From an uncultured Rhodobacteraceae bacterium (GTDB taxonomy: Bacteria > Pseudomonadota > Alphaproteobacteria > Rhodobacterales > Rhodobacteraceae), in NCBI GenBank assembly GCA_965659715.1, contig CBFHXE010000006.1, forward strand, positions 287 to 64,286: 64,000 nucleotides of DNA, read 5' to 3'. A program made the position numbers and the translations under genes. Each line of letters opens with the position of its first letter. Positions within the stretch are counted from its first letter, which is position 1. The notes below the pieces were generated by a model. That model did not search any database. It saw only the letters and a program-made list of their open reading frames with translations, and had not been told where the DNA came from. Shown one piece after another: positions 17,902 through 29,223 of this stretch.

Positions 17902-19473
17902 ATGAAAATCGGAACGCCCAAAGAAACTCTTGTTGGCGAAGCACGAGTGGCAATGACCCCAGAAAGTGCGCTGCAACTGCAGAAACTTGGCCACGAATGC
18001 TTAATAGAAACTGGCGCCGGACAGGCTGCGGGATTTTCTGACGCTGTTTACAAAGATGCTGGTGTAAAGGTTGTTAAAACAGCGGCCGCCCTTTGGAAAG
18101 CCGCGGATACAATTGCAAAAGTCCGCCCGCCGAATGAAACTGAGGCAAAGCGGTTAAGCGATGGCAAGACTTTAATTTCATTCTTTTTTCCTGCGCAAAA
18201 CGAAGAACAAATGGCGCAGATTGCAGCCAGAGGTGCCAGCGTGATCGCCATGGATATGGTACCACGAATTTCGCGGGCACAAAAAATGGATGCGCTTAGT
18301 TCTATGGCGAATATCGCCGGCTATCGGGCGGTGATTGAGGCTGGAAATAATTTTGGCCGGTTTTTCACCGGTCAGGTGACGGCCGCTGGCAAGGTGCCGC
18401 CTGCAAAGGTATTGATTGTCGGGGCCGGCGTGGCCGGCTTGGCTGCTATTGGCACGGCTACATCGCTTGGCGCTATCACCTATGCTTTTGATGTTCGTCC
18501 GGAAGTGGCCGAACAAATTGAATCGATGGGCGCCGAGTTTGTTTTTCTAGACTTTGAAGAGTCTCAGGCAGATGGTGCTGAAACCGGCGGCTATGCTGCG
18601 CCGTCCAGTCCAGAGTTTCGCGAAAAGCAATTGGAAAAGTTTCGCGAACTGGCCCCCGATATTGATATCGTGATCACCACAGCGCTGATCCCCGGTCGCG
18701 ATGCACCCAAGCTTTGGCTGGCCGATATGGTCGCCGCGATGAAACCCGGATCGGTGGTGGTCGATCTTGCAGCTGAGCGGGGCGGAAATTGCGACCTGAC
18801 CGTTGCCGATGAAAAGGTTATCAGCAAGAACGGTGTGACCATTATTGGATACACCGACTTCCCAAGCCGGATGGCGTCGCAATCCTCAACGCTTTATGCC
18901 ACAAATATCCGCCATATGATGACGGATTTGACGCCTGAAAAAGACGGCAAAGTTAACCATGATATGGAAGATGACGTCATCCGTGGGGCCACGGTAACCC
19001 ATGACGGCGCTGTCACCTTCCCACCGCCGCCGCCCAAAATTCAGGCCATTGCAGCCCAAAAGAAAGAGCCTGTCAAAGAGCCCACGGCCGAGGAAAAACA
19101 AGCCGCCGAGGCCGCCGCATTCAAAGATGCCACAAAAAAACAAGTGGGCATGCTGACCATAGGGGCGGTTTTGACGCTTGTCATTGGGGCCTATGCACCC
19201 TCCAGTTTCATGCAGCACTTTATTGTGTTTGTCTTGGCCGTGTTCGTTGGCTTCCAAGTGATCTGGAACGTAAGCCACGCACTGCACACTCCCCTTATGG
19301 CGATCACCAATGCCATTTCTTCAATCATCATTCTGGGCGCTTTGATGCAGATTGGCTCTGGTTCGTTTCTTGTGCTTTTGCTTGCAGCCCTGTCGGTCTT
19401 TATGGCCGGTATAAATATTTTTGGTGGTTTCCTTGTTACACGGCGAATGCTTGCTATGTTCCAGAAATCTTAA
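17902..19473 (+). CDS. pntA: NAD(P) transhydrogenase subunit alpha
   Basis: E.RVAMTP, RAQKMDALSSM, GAGVAG, LHTPLMAITNAISS. Confidence 0.97.
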   Translation: MKIGTPKETLVGEARVAMTPESALQLQKLGHECLIETGAGQAAGFSDAVYKDAGVKVVKTAAALWKAADTIAKVRPPNETEAKRLSDGKTLISFFFPAQNEEQMAQIAARGASVIAMDMVPRISRAQKMDALSSMANIAGYRAVIEAGNNFGRFFTGQVTAAGKVPPAKVLIVGAGVAGLAAIGTATSLGAITYAFDVRPEVAEQIESMGAEFVFLDFEESQADGAETGGYAAPSSPEFREKQLEKFRELAPDIDIVITTALIPGRDAPKLWLADMVAAMKPGSVVVDLAAERGGNCDLTVADEKVISKNGVTIIGYTDFPSRMASQSSTLYATNIRHMMTDLTPEKDGKVNHDMEDDVIRGATVTHDGAVTFPPPPPKIQAIAAQKKEPVKEPTAEEKQAAEAAAFKDATKKQVGMLTIGAVLTLVIGAYAPSSFMQHFIVFVLAVFVGFQVIWNVSHALHTPLMAITNAISSIIILGALMQIGSGSFLVLLLAALSVFMAGINIFGGFLVTRRMLAMFQKS

Positions 19474-19488
19474 GAGAGGACGAAGACA

Positions 19489-20931
19489 ATGGACATCGGA
19501 TTTACAACAGCAGCTTATGTAGTTGCAGCTGTTCTCTTCATTCTCTCGCTCGGAGGTCTTTCCGGACAGGAAAGTGCAAAACGTGCGGTTTGGTATGGCA
19601 TCGTGGGCATGGCCCTTGCCGTATCAGCGACACTAATCGGCCCGGGGTCTGGATTTTGGCTTTTGTCATTGGTCCTAATCGCCATTGGCGGCTATATCGG
19701 TATGCAATTGGCCCAACGGGTGCAGATGACTCAAATGCCCGAACTTGTGGCCGCCATGCACTCACTGGTTGGCCTGGCAGCAGTTTTCGTTGGCTTTAAT
19801 GCGGACTTTGAAATCGAAAATGTTCGTGTCGCACTTGAACAGAGTAGCGAAGGCATCTCTGCCCTTACAGGATTTGCAGCTGTGGTGGCCAAAAAGACTG
19901 CCGTTGAAATTAACATTCTTCGGGTCGAGCTGTTTTTAGGCATCTTTATCGGCGCCATTACATTCACCGGTTCCGTAGTGGCTTACGGCAAACTTGCCGG
20001 CCGCGTAGACTCCAAAGCAGTGAAACTTCCAGGCGGTCATGCGTTGAACGCTGCAGCCGCTTTTATTTCAGTCTTTTCATTGATTTGGTATTTCAATTCA
20101 GGTGATTTCTTGCCGCTGGTCATCATGACAATTGCTGCGCTCTTTATCGGCTGGCATCTTATTATGGGGATCGGCGGAGCCGACATGCCGGTTGTTGTTT
20201 CGATGCTCAACTCTTACTCTGGCTGGGCAGCTGCGGCGATTGGCTTTTCGCTTGGCAACGATCTTTTAATCGTGGTTGGCGCTTTGGTCGGATCTTCCGG
20301 TGCGATCTTGAGTTATATCATGTGCAAAGCGATGAACCGCTCTTTTGTATCGGTGATCCTTGGCGGCTTTGGTGGCACAACCGGGCCGCAAATGGCTGTA
20401 GAAGGTGAGCAGGTCGCCATCGAAGCCGATGGTGTGGCCGCAGCGCTGAATGATGCCGACAGTGTGATTATCATCCCCGGCTATGGCATGGCCGTGGCGC
20501 AGGCGCAGCAGGCGGTCAGCGAGTTGACAAAGCGGCTGCGGGCCAAAGGAAAATCCATCCGTTTTGCAATCCATCCGGTGGCAGGCCGTTTGCCCGGGCA
20601 TATGAACGTGCTTTTGGCAGAGGCCAAAGTTCCCTATGATATCGTGCTTGAAATGGATGAGATAAATGATGATTTCCCTGAGACTGATGTGGCGATTGTC
20701 ATCGGTTCAAACGATATTGTGAACCCGGCTGCACAGGATGATCCAAACAGCCCGATCGCAGGAATGCCGGTACTGGAATGCTGGAAAGCGAAACAGGTCT
20801 TTGTGTCAAAACGCGGACAGGGCACGGGATATTCCGGCATCGAAAATCCACTGTTTTTTAAAGAAAACACACGGATGTTCTATGGCGACGCCAAAGAATC
20901 ATTGAATAAACTTCTCACAATGATCGAGTGA
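19489..20931 (+). CDS. pntB: NAD(P) transhydrogenase subunit beta
   Basis: [45 protein letters not shown]. Confidence 0.97.
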   Translation: MDIGFTTAAYVVAAVLFILSLGGLSGQESAKRAVWYGIVGMALAVSATLIGPGSGFWLLSLVLIAIGGYIGMQLAQRVQMTQMPELVAAMHSLVGLAAVFVGFNADFEIENVRVALEQSSEGISALTGFAAVVAKKTAVEINILRVELFLGIFIGAITFTGSVVAYGKLAGRVDSKAVKLPGGHALNAAAAFISVFSLIWYFNSGDFLPLVIMTIAALFIGWHLIMGIGGADMPVVVSMLNSYSGWAAAAIGFSLGNDLLIVVGALVGSSGAILSYIMCKAMNRSFVSVILGGFGGTTGPQMAVEGEQVAIEADGVAAALNDADSVIIIPGYGMAVAQAQQAVSELTKRLRAKGKSIRFAIHPVAGRLPGHMNVLLAEAKVPYDIVLEMDEINDDFPETDVAIVIGSNDIVNPAAQDDPNSPIAGMPVLECWKAKQVFVSKRGQGTGYSGIENPLFFKENTRMFYGDAKESLNKLLTMIE

Positions 20932-20950
20932 GTTAAGCTCAGGTTAAAAC

Positions 20951-20995
20951 AAAAACCCCACCCCTTAAAACCTATTGGGGTGGGGCGCAACTTTT
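20951..20995. terminator. Bidirectional terminator between pntB and scpA
   Basis: CCCCACCCC (20956-64) / GGGGTGGGG (20977-85) stem flanked by A and T tracts, between convergent genes. Confidence 0.7.
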
Positions 20996-21001
20996 AGATC
21001 T

Positions 21002-23131
21002 TTAAGTGCGGGTCGCGCGGATCAATTCTAAAATTTCTTGCGCTGCAGTGGGTATATTGGTTCCCGGACCAAAGATTGCCTTGACGCCTGCGGACTTTAA
21101 AAAGTCATAATCTTGTTGCGGGATAACACCACCGCAAATTACCAGAATATCGCCAGCATCACGCGCTTCAAGCACCTCGATGAGCTTGGGCGCAAGCGTC
21201 TTATGTCCGGCCGCCTGACTGGAAATTCCGATCACATGGACATCATTGTCAATCGCATCCTGCGCAGCTTCATCAGGGGTTTGGAAAAGCGGGCCAACAT
21301 CGACATCAAAACCGATATCAGCAAAGGCGGTGGCAATAACCTTCGCGCCCCGGTCATGTCCATCTTGCCCCATTTTAACCACCAGCATGCGCGGCCGGCG
21401 GCCTTCCTCTTTGACAAATTGCTCAACTGACTGTTGGATTTTTTCAAACTCTGTGTCGCCTTCATAGGCTTTGCCATAAACCCCCGCTAATGTTTTCACT
21501 TCAGCGCGGTGGCGCCCAAACACTTTTTCCATAGCCATGCTAATCTCTCCTACGGTTGCGCGGGCACGCGCGGCCTCAACTGCGGCTTCGAGTAAGTTCC
21601 CGCCCTCTGCGGCACGACGCGATATTTCCTCAAGCGCCGCATCGCAGCACACAGCATCACGACCTTCTCGGATTGCATCTAACCGCGCGATCTGCGTTTC
21701 GCGCACCGCAGCGTTGTCTATATCGCGAATTTCAATGTCATCCTCTTGATCAAGTCGATACTTGTTTACCCCCACAATCACTTGCTCGCCGCGATCTATA
21801 TTGGCCTGCCGCTGTGCTGCGGCCTCTTCAATGCGCAGCTTTGGCATACCGCTGGCCACGGCCTTGGTCATCCCCCCCATGGCGTCAACCTCTTCAATAA
21901 GCTGCCAAGCCGCATCGGCCAGATCGGCGGTTAGCTTTTCCACATAATAAGATCCGGCAAGTGGATCGACCACATTGGTCACGCCGGTTTCTTCTTGCAA
22001 GATAAGCTGAGTGTTGCGTGCGATACGCGCAGCAAATTCGGTCGGCAATGCAATCGCTTCATCCAAAGCGTTGGTATGTAGCGACTGGGTGCCGCCCAGA
22101 ACAGCGCTCATTGCTTCATAGGCTGTACGTACCACATTGTTATAGGGGTCTTGTTCTTGCAGGCTGACGCCTGAGGTCTGACAATGGGTGCGCAGCATTT
22201 TTGAGCGCGGGTTTTTCGCTCCGAGGTCGGTCATGATGCGATGCCATAGTAGCCGCGCAGCACGCAGCTTTGCAGCTTCCATAAAGAAATTCATCCCAAT
22301 GGCAAAAAAGAAAGAAAGCCGCCCTGCGAAGTGATCTACATCCATACCGCGTGCAATGGCTGTTTTGACGTATTCTTTACCATCAGCCAAAGTAAAGGCA
22401 AGTTCCTGCACCAAATTCGCCCCGGCCTCCTGCATATGGTATCCAGAGATCGAAATAGAATTGAACTTGGGGATTTCGTTTGAGGTATATTCGATAATAT
22501 CCGCCACAATGCGCATTGAAGGTTCGGGCGGATAAATATAGGTATTACGCACCATAAATTCTTTTAGAATATCGTTTTGAATGGTGCCGGACAGCTTTGC
22601 TTTGTCATGCCCCTGCTCTTCTCCGGCGACAATAAAATTTGCCAGAACCGGGATCACAGCCCCGTTCATTGTCATTGAGACAGAAACTTGATCCAAAGGG
22701 ATGCTATCGAAAAGAATTTTCATGTCTTCGACGCTATCAATGGCAACTCCAGCCTTGCCGACATCCCCGATCACCCGCGGATGATCGCTGTCATAGCCGC
22801 GGTGTGTGGCCAAATCAAAGGCCACCGAAACCCCTTGCTGGCCGGCGGCAAGTGCTTTTCGGTAAAATGCATTCGATGCCTCAGCGGTGGAAAAACCTGC
22901 ATATTGGCGAATGGTCCAAGGACGGCCAGCATACATCGTTGACCGAACCCCGCGTACAAATGGCTCTTGGCCCGGTAAGCTGTCTATATGATCCAGTCCA
23001 GAGACATCTTCGGATGTATAAAGCGGATTGATATCAATACCTTCAAGCGTTTGCCATGACAGATCCTCTAGGCTTTTTCCACGCAGCTCTTTTTCGGCGG
23101 CCGTGCGCCATGACTGTTTACTATTTGCCAT
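21002..23131 (-). CDS. scpA: Methylmalonyl-CoA mutase
   Basis: [37 protein letters not shown]12-binding motif. Confidence 0.97.
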   Translation of the reverse strand: MANSKQSWRTAAEKELRGKSLEDLSWQTLEGIDINPLYTSEDVSGLDHIDSLPGQEPFVRGVRSTMYAGRPWTIRQYAGFSTAEASNAFYRKALAAGQQGVSVAFDLATHRGYDSDHPRVIGDVGKAGVAIDSVEDMKILFDSIPLDQVSVSMTMNGAVIPVLANFIVAGEEQGHDKAKLSGTIQNDILKEFMVRNTYIYPPEPSMRIVADIIEYTSNEIPKFNSISISGYHMQEAGANLVQELAFTLADGKEYVKTAIARGMDVDHFAGRLSFFFAIGMNFFMEAAKLRAARLLWHRIMTDLGAKNPRSKMLRTHCQTSGVSLQEQDPYNNVVRTAYEAMSAVLGGTQSLHTNALDEAIALPTEFAARIARNTQLILQEETGVTNVVDPLAGSYYVEKLTADLADAAWQLIEEVDAMGGMTKAVASGMPKLRIEEAAAQRQANIDRGEQVIVGVNKYRLDQEDDIEIRDIDNAAVRETQIARLDAIREGRDAVCCDAALEEISRRAAEGGNLLEAAVEAARARATVGEISMAMEKVFGRHRAEVKTLAGVYGKAYEGDTEFEKIQQSVEQFVKEEGRRPRMLVVKMGQDGHDRGAKVIATAFADIGFDVDVGPLFQTPDEAAQDAIDNDVHVIGISSQAAGHKTLAPKLIEVLEARDAGDILVICGGVIPQQDYDFLKSAGVKAIFGPGTNIPTAAQEILELIRATRT

Positions 23132-23259
23132 TTCTCTCTCCTCAGCGGGTCTGCAAGCTGGGCGCAGCGGCCCAGTTTGTAAAATTTTTCGTTTGTTTCG
23201 GCGCCCAGCCCTTCGCAAATGCCTCTGGCTGAACTATATCAAAGACAAAGGGAGTTCGT

Positions 23260-23685
23260 ATGAAACAATTGATTTTGGCAGCAATACTGTCAGCGACCGC
23301 CGCAATCGGATTTGCCGATAAGCACGCTGATCTATTCCAGCCAGTGACATCAGAAACGGATCTAAAAACATTTGCATGGCAGAACCGTTTGATTGTTGTT
23401 TTTGCCAATTCAAAAGAGGACGTCCGGCTGCAAACCCAAATCGAATATCTAAAAATAGATCCGGCAGCTTTGACAGAGCGAGAAATCGTGGTTTTAACAG
23501 ACTCCGACCCAGCAATGGACAGTCTGTTGCGGCAAAAATTCCGCCCCCGTGGGTTTACGCTTTTGCTCATCGGAAAAGACGGACAGGTTAAACTACGCAA
23601 ACCATTTCCATGGGATTTGCGCGCACTGAGCCGGGCAATTGATAAAATGCCCATGCGCCGGCAAGAAATCAAAGCCAAGAAATGA
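23260..23685 (+). CDS. DUF4174-family secreted protein
   Basis: Signal peptide; W.NRLIVVFA, LLIGKDG.VK, IDKMPMR..E. Confidence 0.85.
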   Translation: MKQLILAAILSATAAIGFADKHADLFQPVTSETDLKTFAWQNRLIVVFANSKEDVRLQTQIEYLKIDPAALTEREIVVLTDSDPAMDSLLRQKFRPRGFTLLLIGKDGQVKLRKPFPWDLRALSRAIDKMPMRRQEIKAKK

Positions 23686-23746
23686 TCCCCTCTTGGGCGA
23701 TGTAATCTGCGCCCGGAAATATGATATGATGTGGCGGGGGCCATCC

Positions 23747-25747
23747 CTATTCAAACTCCATTATCACATCATCCACGGCCAAACTGTCACCGGCAGCGGC
23801 ATTGACGCGCCCTACAATCCCTTTGCGCTCGGCGCGTAGGATATTTTCCATTTTCATTGCTTCGACGGTGCACAAAGCCTGACCTTCTTCGACCTGCTGA
23901 CCCGGTTCAACATCGATTTTAACCACCAATCCGGGCATTGGGCACAGCAGCAGCTTTGAGGTATCGGGCGGTTGTTTTTCCGGCATTTTATCGGCCAGTT
24001 CGGCCTGACGCGGGGTGCGCACATGCACTTTTAAATCCGCGCCCCGGCTGCGTACATGAAAGCCGCCTGGGATCTTGGCGGTCTTCATTACCAAGGGCGC
24101 GCCGTCCACCATCATTTCCGCCAGAGCCGTCCCGGGGGTCCAATCAGAGGACACGCGCAACTCTGCCTTATCGGCAAAGCGCACGGTAGAGCCCTGCGGA
24201 TCCGCGCTGATCACAATCTCATAACGCTGCCCGCCTAGTGTGACCACCCAGTCATCACCAACTTTGCGTTCATGATTATCGAGCCGGCCCGATATTTTTG
24301 CACGGCGGATTTCAACCACACGGTGCATCGCCGCGCAGCTTGCAGCTATTTGGCGCAACATAGGCTCAGTCAATTGCGCGCCGGTAAATCCATCAGGATA
24401 TTCTTCGGCGATAAAAGCTGTCGTAATGGCGCCGCTGACAAATTTGGGATGATCCATAACCGCGCTTAAAAACGGCAGGTTATGACCAATGCCTTCGACC
24501 TCAAATTGATCAAGTGCCAAGCGCATGTGTTCAATCGCCTCGGCGCGGCTTGGCGCCCAAGTGCAAAGCTTGGCAATCATCGGATCGTAATACATGCTAA
24601 TTTCACCACCCTCATAGACCCCGGTATCGTTGCGCACAACAAAAGCGTCAGTGGCGATTTCAGCAGGTGGGCGATATCGGGTCAAACGACCAATAGAGGG
24701 CAGAAAATTACGATAAGGATCTTCGGCATATAGCCGGTTTTCAATTGCCCATCCCGTTAAGGTGACATCTTTTTGGGACAGTTTGAGCGCTTCTCCATTT
24801 GCAACCCGGATCATTTGTTCCACCAGATCAACGCCAGTAATCAATTCGGTGACCGGATGTTCAACCTGCAAACGGGTGTTCATTTCCAAAAAGTAAAAAT
24901 TCTTTTCGCTATCGACAATGAACTCCACCGTTCCTGCACTGGTGTATCCAACGGCGCTGGCCAATGCGCAGGCCTGCGAACCCATTGATTTACGGGTTAC
25001 TTCATCCAGAAAGGGAGATGGGGCCTCTTCAACCACTTTTTGGTTTCGCCTTTGGATCGAGCACTCACGTTCGCCCAAGTAAATGCAATTTCCATGCGTG
25101 TCAGCGAGCACCTGAATTTCGATATGCCGCGGCTGGGTGACAAATTTTTCGATAAAGATACGATCATCGCCAAAGCTGCTTGCTGCTTCGTTTTTTGACG
25201 ATTGAAAGCCCTCGCGCACCTCATCATCACTCCATGCAATGCGCATCCCTTTTCCACCGCCGCCGGCCGAAGCTTTGATCATCACAGGATAGCCAATATC
25301 TTGGCTGATACGCACAGCTTCTTCTGCATCTTCAATCAGCCCCATATAGCCCGGAACTATGCTTACGCCTGCATCTTGAGCGATTTTTTTACTGGTTATC
25401 TTATCGCCCATGCTCTCAATTGCACCCTGCGGAGGGCCGATAAATGCAACACCTTCTGCGGCTAAAGCGGCGGCAAACTTTGGGTTTTCCGACAAAAATC
25501 CATATCCGGGGTGGACCGCTTGCGCCCCGGTTTCACGAATAGCGTTCAAGATATTTTCGATCACGATATAGGACTGGTTTGCAGCCGGCGGGCCAATATG
25601 CACTGCCTCATCCGCCATTTCAACGTGTAGGGCATTACGGTCTGCATCAGAGTACACAGCCACAGTTTTAATCCCCATCTTGCGCGCGGTTTTGATCACC
25701 CGACAGGCAATTTCACCACGGTTTGCAATCAAGATTTTATCGAACAT
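23747..25747 (-). CDS. pccA: Propionyl-CoA carboxylase alpha subunit (biotin carboxylase plus carrier domain)
   Basis: KILIANRGEIA, HPGYGFLSEN, EMNTRLQVEH, EAMKM. Confidence 0.95.
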   Translation of the reverse strand: MFDKILIANRGEIACRVIKTARKMGIKTVAVYSDADRNALHVEMADEAVHIGPPAANQSYIVIENILNAIRETGAQAVHPGYGFLSENPKFAAALAAEGVAFIGPPQGAIESMGDKITSKKIAQDAGVSIVPGYMGLIEDAEEAVRISQDIGYPVMIKASAGGGGKGMRIAWSDDEVREGFQSSKNEAASSFGDDRIFIEKFVTQPRHIEIQVLADTHGNCIYLGERECSIQRRNQKVVEEAPSPFLDEVTRKSMGSQACALASAVGYTSAGTVEFIVDSEKNFYFLEMNTRLQVEHPVTELITGVDLVEQMIRVANGEALKLSQKDVTLTGWAIENRLYAEDPYRNFLPSIGRLTRYRPPAEIATDAFVVRNDTGVYEGGEISMYYDPMIAKLCTWAPSRAEAIEHMRLALDQFEVEGIGHNLPFLSAVMDHPKFVSGAITTAFIAEEYPDGFTGAQLTEPMLRQIAASCAAMHRVVEIRRAKISGRLDNHERKVGDDWVVTLGGQRYEIVISADPQGSTVRFADKAELRVSSDWTPGTALAEMMVDGAPLVMKTAKIPGGFHVRSRGADLKVHVRTPRQAELADKMPEKQPPDTSKLLLCPMPGLVVKIDVEPGQQVEEGQALCTVEAMKMENILRAERKGIVGRVNAAAGDSLAVDDVIMEFE

Positions 25748-25761
25748 AGGAAAGGTCCTTT

Positions 25762-26112
25762 TCAGTCACGATCAAAAGCTTCTGGGAAAGTCGATTGAAT
25801 AAGTGGTAAGTCCAAGATCAGTTGTGCCTCATAACTGGCCGGATCAAAGGGCTCGTCATACGCTTTAACTTCGCGTTCAAATAGCCAACTTAAACGCCCC
25901 GCATCCAAATTTCCGCGCTCAAAGGGCTGATCCCAAAAATGCTCCATCAAGGCCCGAACAAACCCCGTATCCGCACGCCTATCTGCTGGTTTACGGTCTT
26001 TGAAGCGATCGCGCCGTACCAGTGGCGTGATCCCCTTGGGATTAGGGCGACGGATGGTGAATTGAAAATCTGTTCCCGGCAGCCGGCCGGGAAAGCCGCG
26101 GTGTTTTAACAT
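25762..26112 (-). CDS. Conserved hypothetical protein between pccB and pccA
   Basis: MLKHRGFPGRLPGTDFQF...RGNLDAG.LSWLF.REV; co-oriented within the pcc cluster; start trimmed to the ATG at 26112. Confidence 0.7.
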   Translation of the reverse strand: MLKHRGFPGRLPGTDFQFTIRRPNPKGITPLVRRDRFKDRKPADRRADTGFVRALMEHFWDQPFERGNLDAGRLSWLFEREVKAYDEPFDPASYEAQLILDLPLIQSTFPEAFDRD

Positions 26113-26208
26113 TGCACACCCCGCTGGCTGCAGGTCTTTACAAAAGCTATGGTTTGATCTTTTTTCATCTGATGCCTCTGCGCCCGGATTGCGCAAAATG
26201 TTGTTGCG

Positions 26209-27741
26209 TCACAGCGGAATATTATCGTGCTTTTTCCACGGGTTTTTTTGCTGCTTGCCGCGCAGCGATGCAAACGCTCGGCTAACGCGGCGGCGGGTTG
26301 AACGGGGTTGGATAACTTCGTCGATAAAGCCGCGCTCGGCAGCGACAAATGGATTGGCAAAGCGGTCTTCGTAATCTTGGGTGTGCTGCGCGATCTTTGC
26401 TGCATCCCCTAGATCAGCGCGGTGGATAATTTCGGTTGCGCCTTTGGCACCCATCACGGCAATTTCGGCGGTTGGCCAAGCATAATTAAAATCACCGCGC
26501 AAATGCTTTGAGGCCATCACATCATAGGCCCCGCCATAGGCTTTGCGGGTGATCACGGTCACTTTCGGGACGGTTGCCTCTCCATAGGCAAACAGCAATT
26601 TAGCACCATGTTTGATAACCCCACCGTACTCTTGCCCGGTTCCAGGCAAAAACCCGGGCACATCCACCAAGGTCAGGATTGGAATTTCAAAGGCATCACA
26701 AAAGCGCACAAAGCGCGCTGCTTTTCGTGAGCTGTCAATATCCAAACAGCCTGCAAGCACCATCGGCTGGTTGGCTACAACCCCAACGCTTTGGCCTTCC
26801 AGCCTTATAAAACCAGTGATAATGTTTTTCGCAAATTCTTGCTGTAATTCATAAAAATCGCCCTCATCAGCTACTTTTAGAATAAGCTCTTTCATATCAT
26901 AGGGAGTGTTGGCGTTATCCGGCACCAATGTATCGAGCGAAGGCTCAACCCGGCCAGGCTGATCAAAGAAGGGCCGCACGGGGGGCTTTTGGCGGTTGTT
27001 TAGCGGAAGATAATCCACCAACCGGCGCACTTCGGCAAGCGCCTCGACGTCATTTTCAAAAGCCCCATCGGCAACCGATGATTTTTTGGTATGGGTGCCT
27101 GCGCCGCCCAGTTCTTCGGCGGTTACCACCTCATTTGTCACCGTTTTCACAACATCCGGTCCAGTGACAAACATGTAGGAACTGTCTTTGACCATAAAGA
27201 TGAAATCCGTCATGGCCGGCGAATACACCGCGCCGCCAGCACAAGGCCCCATGATCACACTAATCTGCGGCACCACACCCGATGCCAGAACATTGCGTTG
27301 AAATACCTCGGCATAGCCAGCAAGCGATGCCACACCCTCTTGGATGCGCGCGCCGCCTGAGTCATTCAAACCAATAACCGGCGCGCCATTTTGCATGGCC
27401 ATATCCATTATTTTGCAGATTTTCTGGGCGTGGGTTTCCGATAGCGACCCACCAAAGACAGTGAAGTCCTGCGAAAACACATAAACCATCCGGCCATTAA
27501 TTGTGCCCCACCCCGTAACCACACCATCCCCTGAAGGGCGCTGCTTTTCCATCCCAAAATCAGTGCAGCGATGGGCAACGAACATATCAAACTCTTCAAA
27601 GCTATCCTCATCAAGCAAAAGATCAATCCGTTCGCGTGCGGTGAGCTTGCCTTTGGAATGCTGCGCATCAATCCGCTTTTGGCCGCCGCCTTGGCGTGCC
27701 GCTTTGCGCCGCGCTTCAAGTTCATGCAAAATATCTTTCAT
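26209..27741 (-). CDS. pccB: Propionyl-CoA carboxylase beta subunit
   Basis: [44 protein letters not shown]. Confidence 0.95.
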   Translation of the reverse strand: MKDILHELEARRKAARQGGGQKRIDAQHSKGKLTARERIDLLLDEDSFEEFDMFVAHRCTDFGMEKQRPSGDGVVTGWGTINGRMVYVFSQDFTVFGGSLSETHAQKICKIMDMAMQNGAPVIGLNDSGGARIQEGVASLAGYAEVFQRNVLASGVVPQISVIMGPCAGGAVYSPAMTDFIFMVKDSSYMFVTGPDVVKTVTNEVVTAEELGGAGTHTKKSSVADGAFENDVEALAEVRRLVDYLPLNNRQKPPVRPFFDQPGRVEPSLDTLVPDNANTPYDMKELILKVADEGDFYELQQEFAKNIITGFIRLEGQSVGVVANQPMVLAGCLDIDSSRKAARFVRFCDAFEIPILTLVDVPGFLPGTGQEYGGVIKHGAKLLFAYGEATVPKVTVITRKAYGGAYDVMASKHLRGDFNYAWPTAEIAVMGAKGATEIIHRADLGDAAKIAQHTQDYEDRFANPFVAAERGFIDEVIQPRSTRRRVSRAFASLRGKQQKNPWKKHDNIPL

Positions 27742-27805
27742 TACCATGCCCCTTGCGTCTTTAACCGCCCTGATAGCGCGTATAAAATTTATCGCAAAGC
27801 ATTTT

Positions 27806-27861
27806 TCGGCAAATTTGCAAATAATTGTAAATTACTTTTTGCAAACTTGCAAATTTGCTAA
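27806..27861. promoter_or_regulatory. PccR operator array (TTTGCAAA-type octamers) upstream of pccB
   Basis: TTTGCAAA 27814-21, ATTGTAAA 27824-31, TTTGCAAA 27838-45, CTTGCAAA 27846-53, TTTGCTAA 27854-61; matches the PccR/PrpR/RamB-family motif. Confidence 0.8.
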
Positions 27862-27913
27862 CTCAATGAATTCGGTGTTTCATTTGCCCATTTGATCAAA
27901 AATTCTGGACAGC

Positions 27914-29158
27914 ATGTCAGAAACTGAATACGAAGTACAAATGAGCAACATTCCCAACGCTCGGTTTTTTGACCATAGCACACAACCTCATATAGCAACG
28001 CTGATCATCCTTTCGAGTATTTCAGCTTTGGCATCACATATGTTTCTGCCCAGTCTGCCCCTGATGGCCGTACATTTCGAAAGTACTCCCGCTGTTTTGG
28101 GGCTCTCTGTTAGCATTTTTCTTGGTGCAAGTGCCATTCTGCAATTGGCGGCAGGTCCACTTTCTGACCTCTATGGCAGAAGACCAGTAACTTTATGGGC
28201 ATTGGTAATATTTACAGTAACCAGTGCATTCATTGCCTACGCACCTAATATTGAAACATTTTTAGCTTTAAGAGCTATACAAGCAATTGCTGCATGCTGT
28301 GTTGTTGTCTCACGTGCAGTTGTGCGTGACACCACTGAAACAGCTGCTTCAGGATCTAAATTAGGCTATGTAACCATGGGAATGGCCCTTGTCCCAATGC
28401 TCAGTCCAATACTTGGTGGATTTTTGGACGGCTGGCTTGGCTGGCAATCCAATTTTTGGTTTCTAACCTGTATAGGTGCTTTGATTTGGTTAATCTGCTA
28501 CTTTGATCAAGGCGAAACAGCACCGCCATCGACCCATAAAATTACCAGTCAATTTGCTGAATACGCCGAATTGCTTAAAGCGCGTCGTTTTTGGGGCTAT
28601 TGCATATCCTCAGCCCTTGGCGCGGGTGCTTTTTTTGCCTTTCTAGGCGGAGGCCCTTTCGTTGGATCGGTGGTATTTAATCTAACACCAGAAGCCCTTG
28701 GTATTTACATTGGGGTGCCGGCAATTGGATATATTATTGGCAACTTTCTTTCTGGCCGTTTTTCAAGACAGATCGGGATCGATAGAATGGTGCTGTGGGG
28801 TTTGCTGGTCACTATGGCCGGGATGTCGCTATCCTTATTGGTAAGCTACGCTGGCTATGGCAGTGCGACAAGTTTTTTTGGCCTTATGACTTTTGTTGGC
28901 TTGGGCAACGGGATCACCATGCCTAATGCAACTGCTGGCATGCTGTCCGTTCGCCCGCACCTTGCAGGTGCCGCCTCTGGGCTTGGCAGCGCGATCATGA
29001 TCGGTGGCGGGGCTGCCTTGTCAGCAGCCAGTGGTTTAATCTTAAAACCCGGAAGCAGCGAAATGCCCTTGGTCTGTCTGATGTGGCTCTCCGCAGCCGG
29101 CGGTGTGCTCTGCATCCTATATGTTCGCCGCCGCAACGCTACGCTACGCGACAAATAA
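27914..29158 (+). CDS. Bcr/CflA-family multidrug efflux MFS transporter
   Basis: FLPSLP, GPLSDLYGRRPV, SRAVVRD, about 12 TM helices; alternative start at 27941. Confidence 0.92.
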   Translation: MSETEYEVQMSNIPNARFFDHSTQPHIATLIILSSISALASHMFLPSLPLMAVHFESTPAVLGLSVSIFLGASAILQLAAGPLSDLYGRRPVTLWALVIFTVTSAFIAYAPNIETFLALRAIQAIAACCVVVSRAVVRDTTETAASGSKLGYVTMGMALVPMLSPILGGFLDGWLGWQSNFWFLTCIGALIWLICYFDQGETAPPSTHKITSQFAEYAELLKARRFWGYCISSALGAGAFFAFLGGGPFVGSVVFNLTPEALGIYIGVPAIGYIIGNFLSGRFSRQIGIDRMVLWGLLVTMAGMSLSLLVSYAGYGSATSFFGLMTFVGLGNGITMPNATAGMLSVRPHLAGAASGLGSAIMIGGGAALSAASGLILKPGSSEMPLVCLMWLSAAGGVLCILYVRRRNATLRDK

Positions 29159-29174
29159 ACCTTGCCCCCTCTAG

Positions 29175-29213
29175 TTTGCAAAGTTAGAAAATTTATAAAG
29201 CTAATTTTGCAAA
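29175..29213. promoter_or_regulatory. PccR autoregulatory operator sites
   Basis: TTTGCAAA 29175-82, TTTATAAA 29192-99, TTTGCAAA 29206-13 just before the pccR ATG. Confidence 0.75.
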
Positions 29214-29223
29214 GGCCCACACC

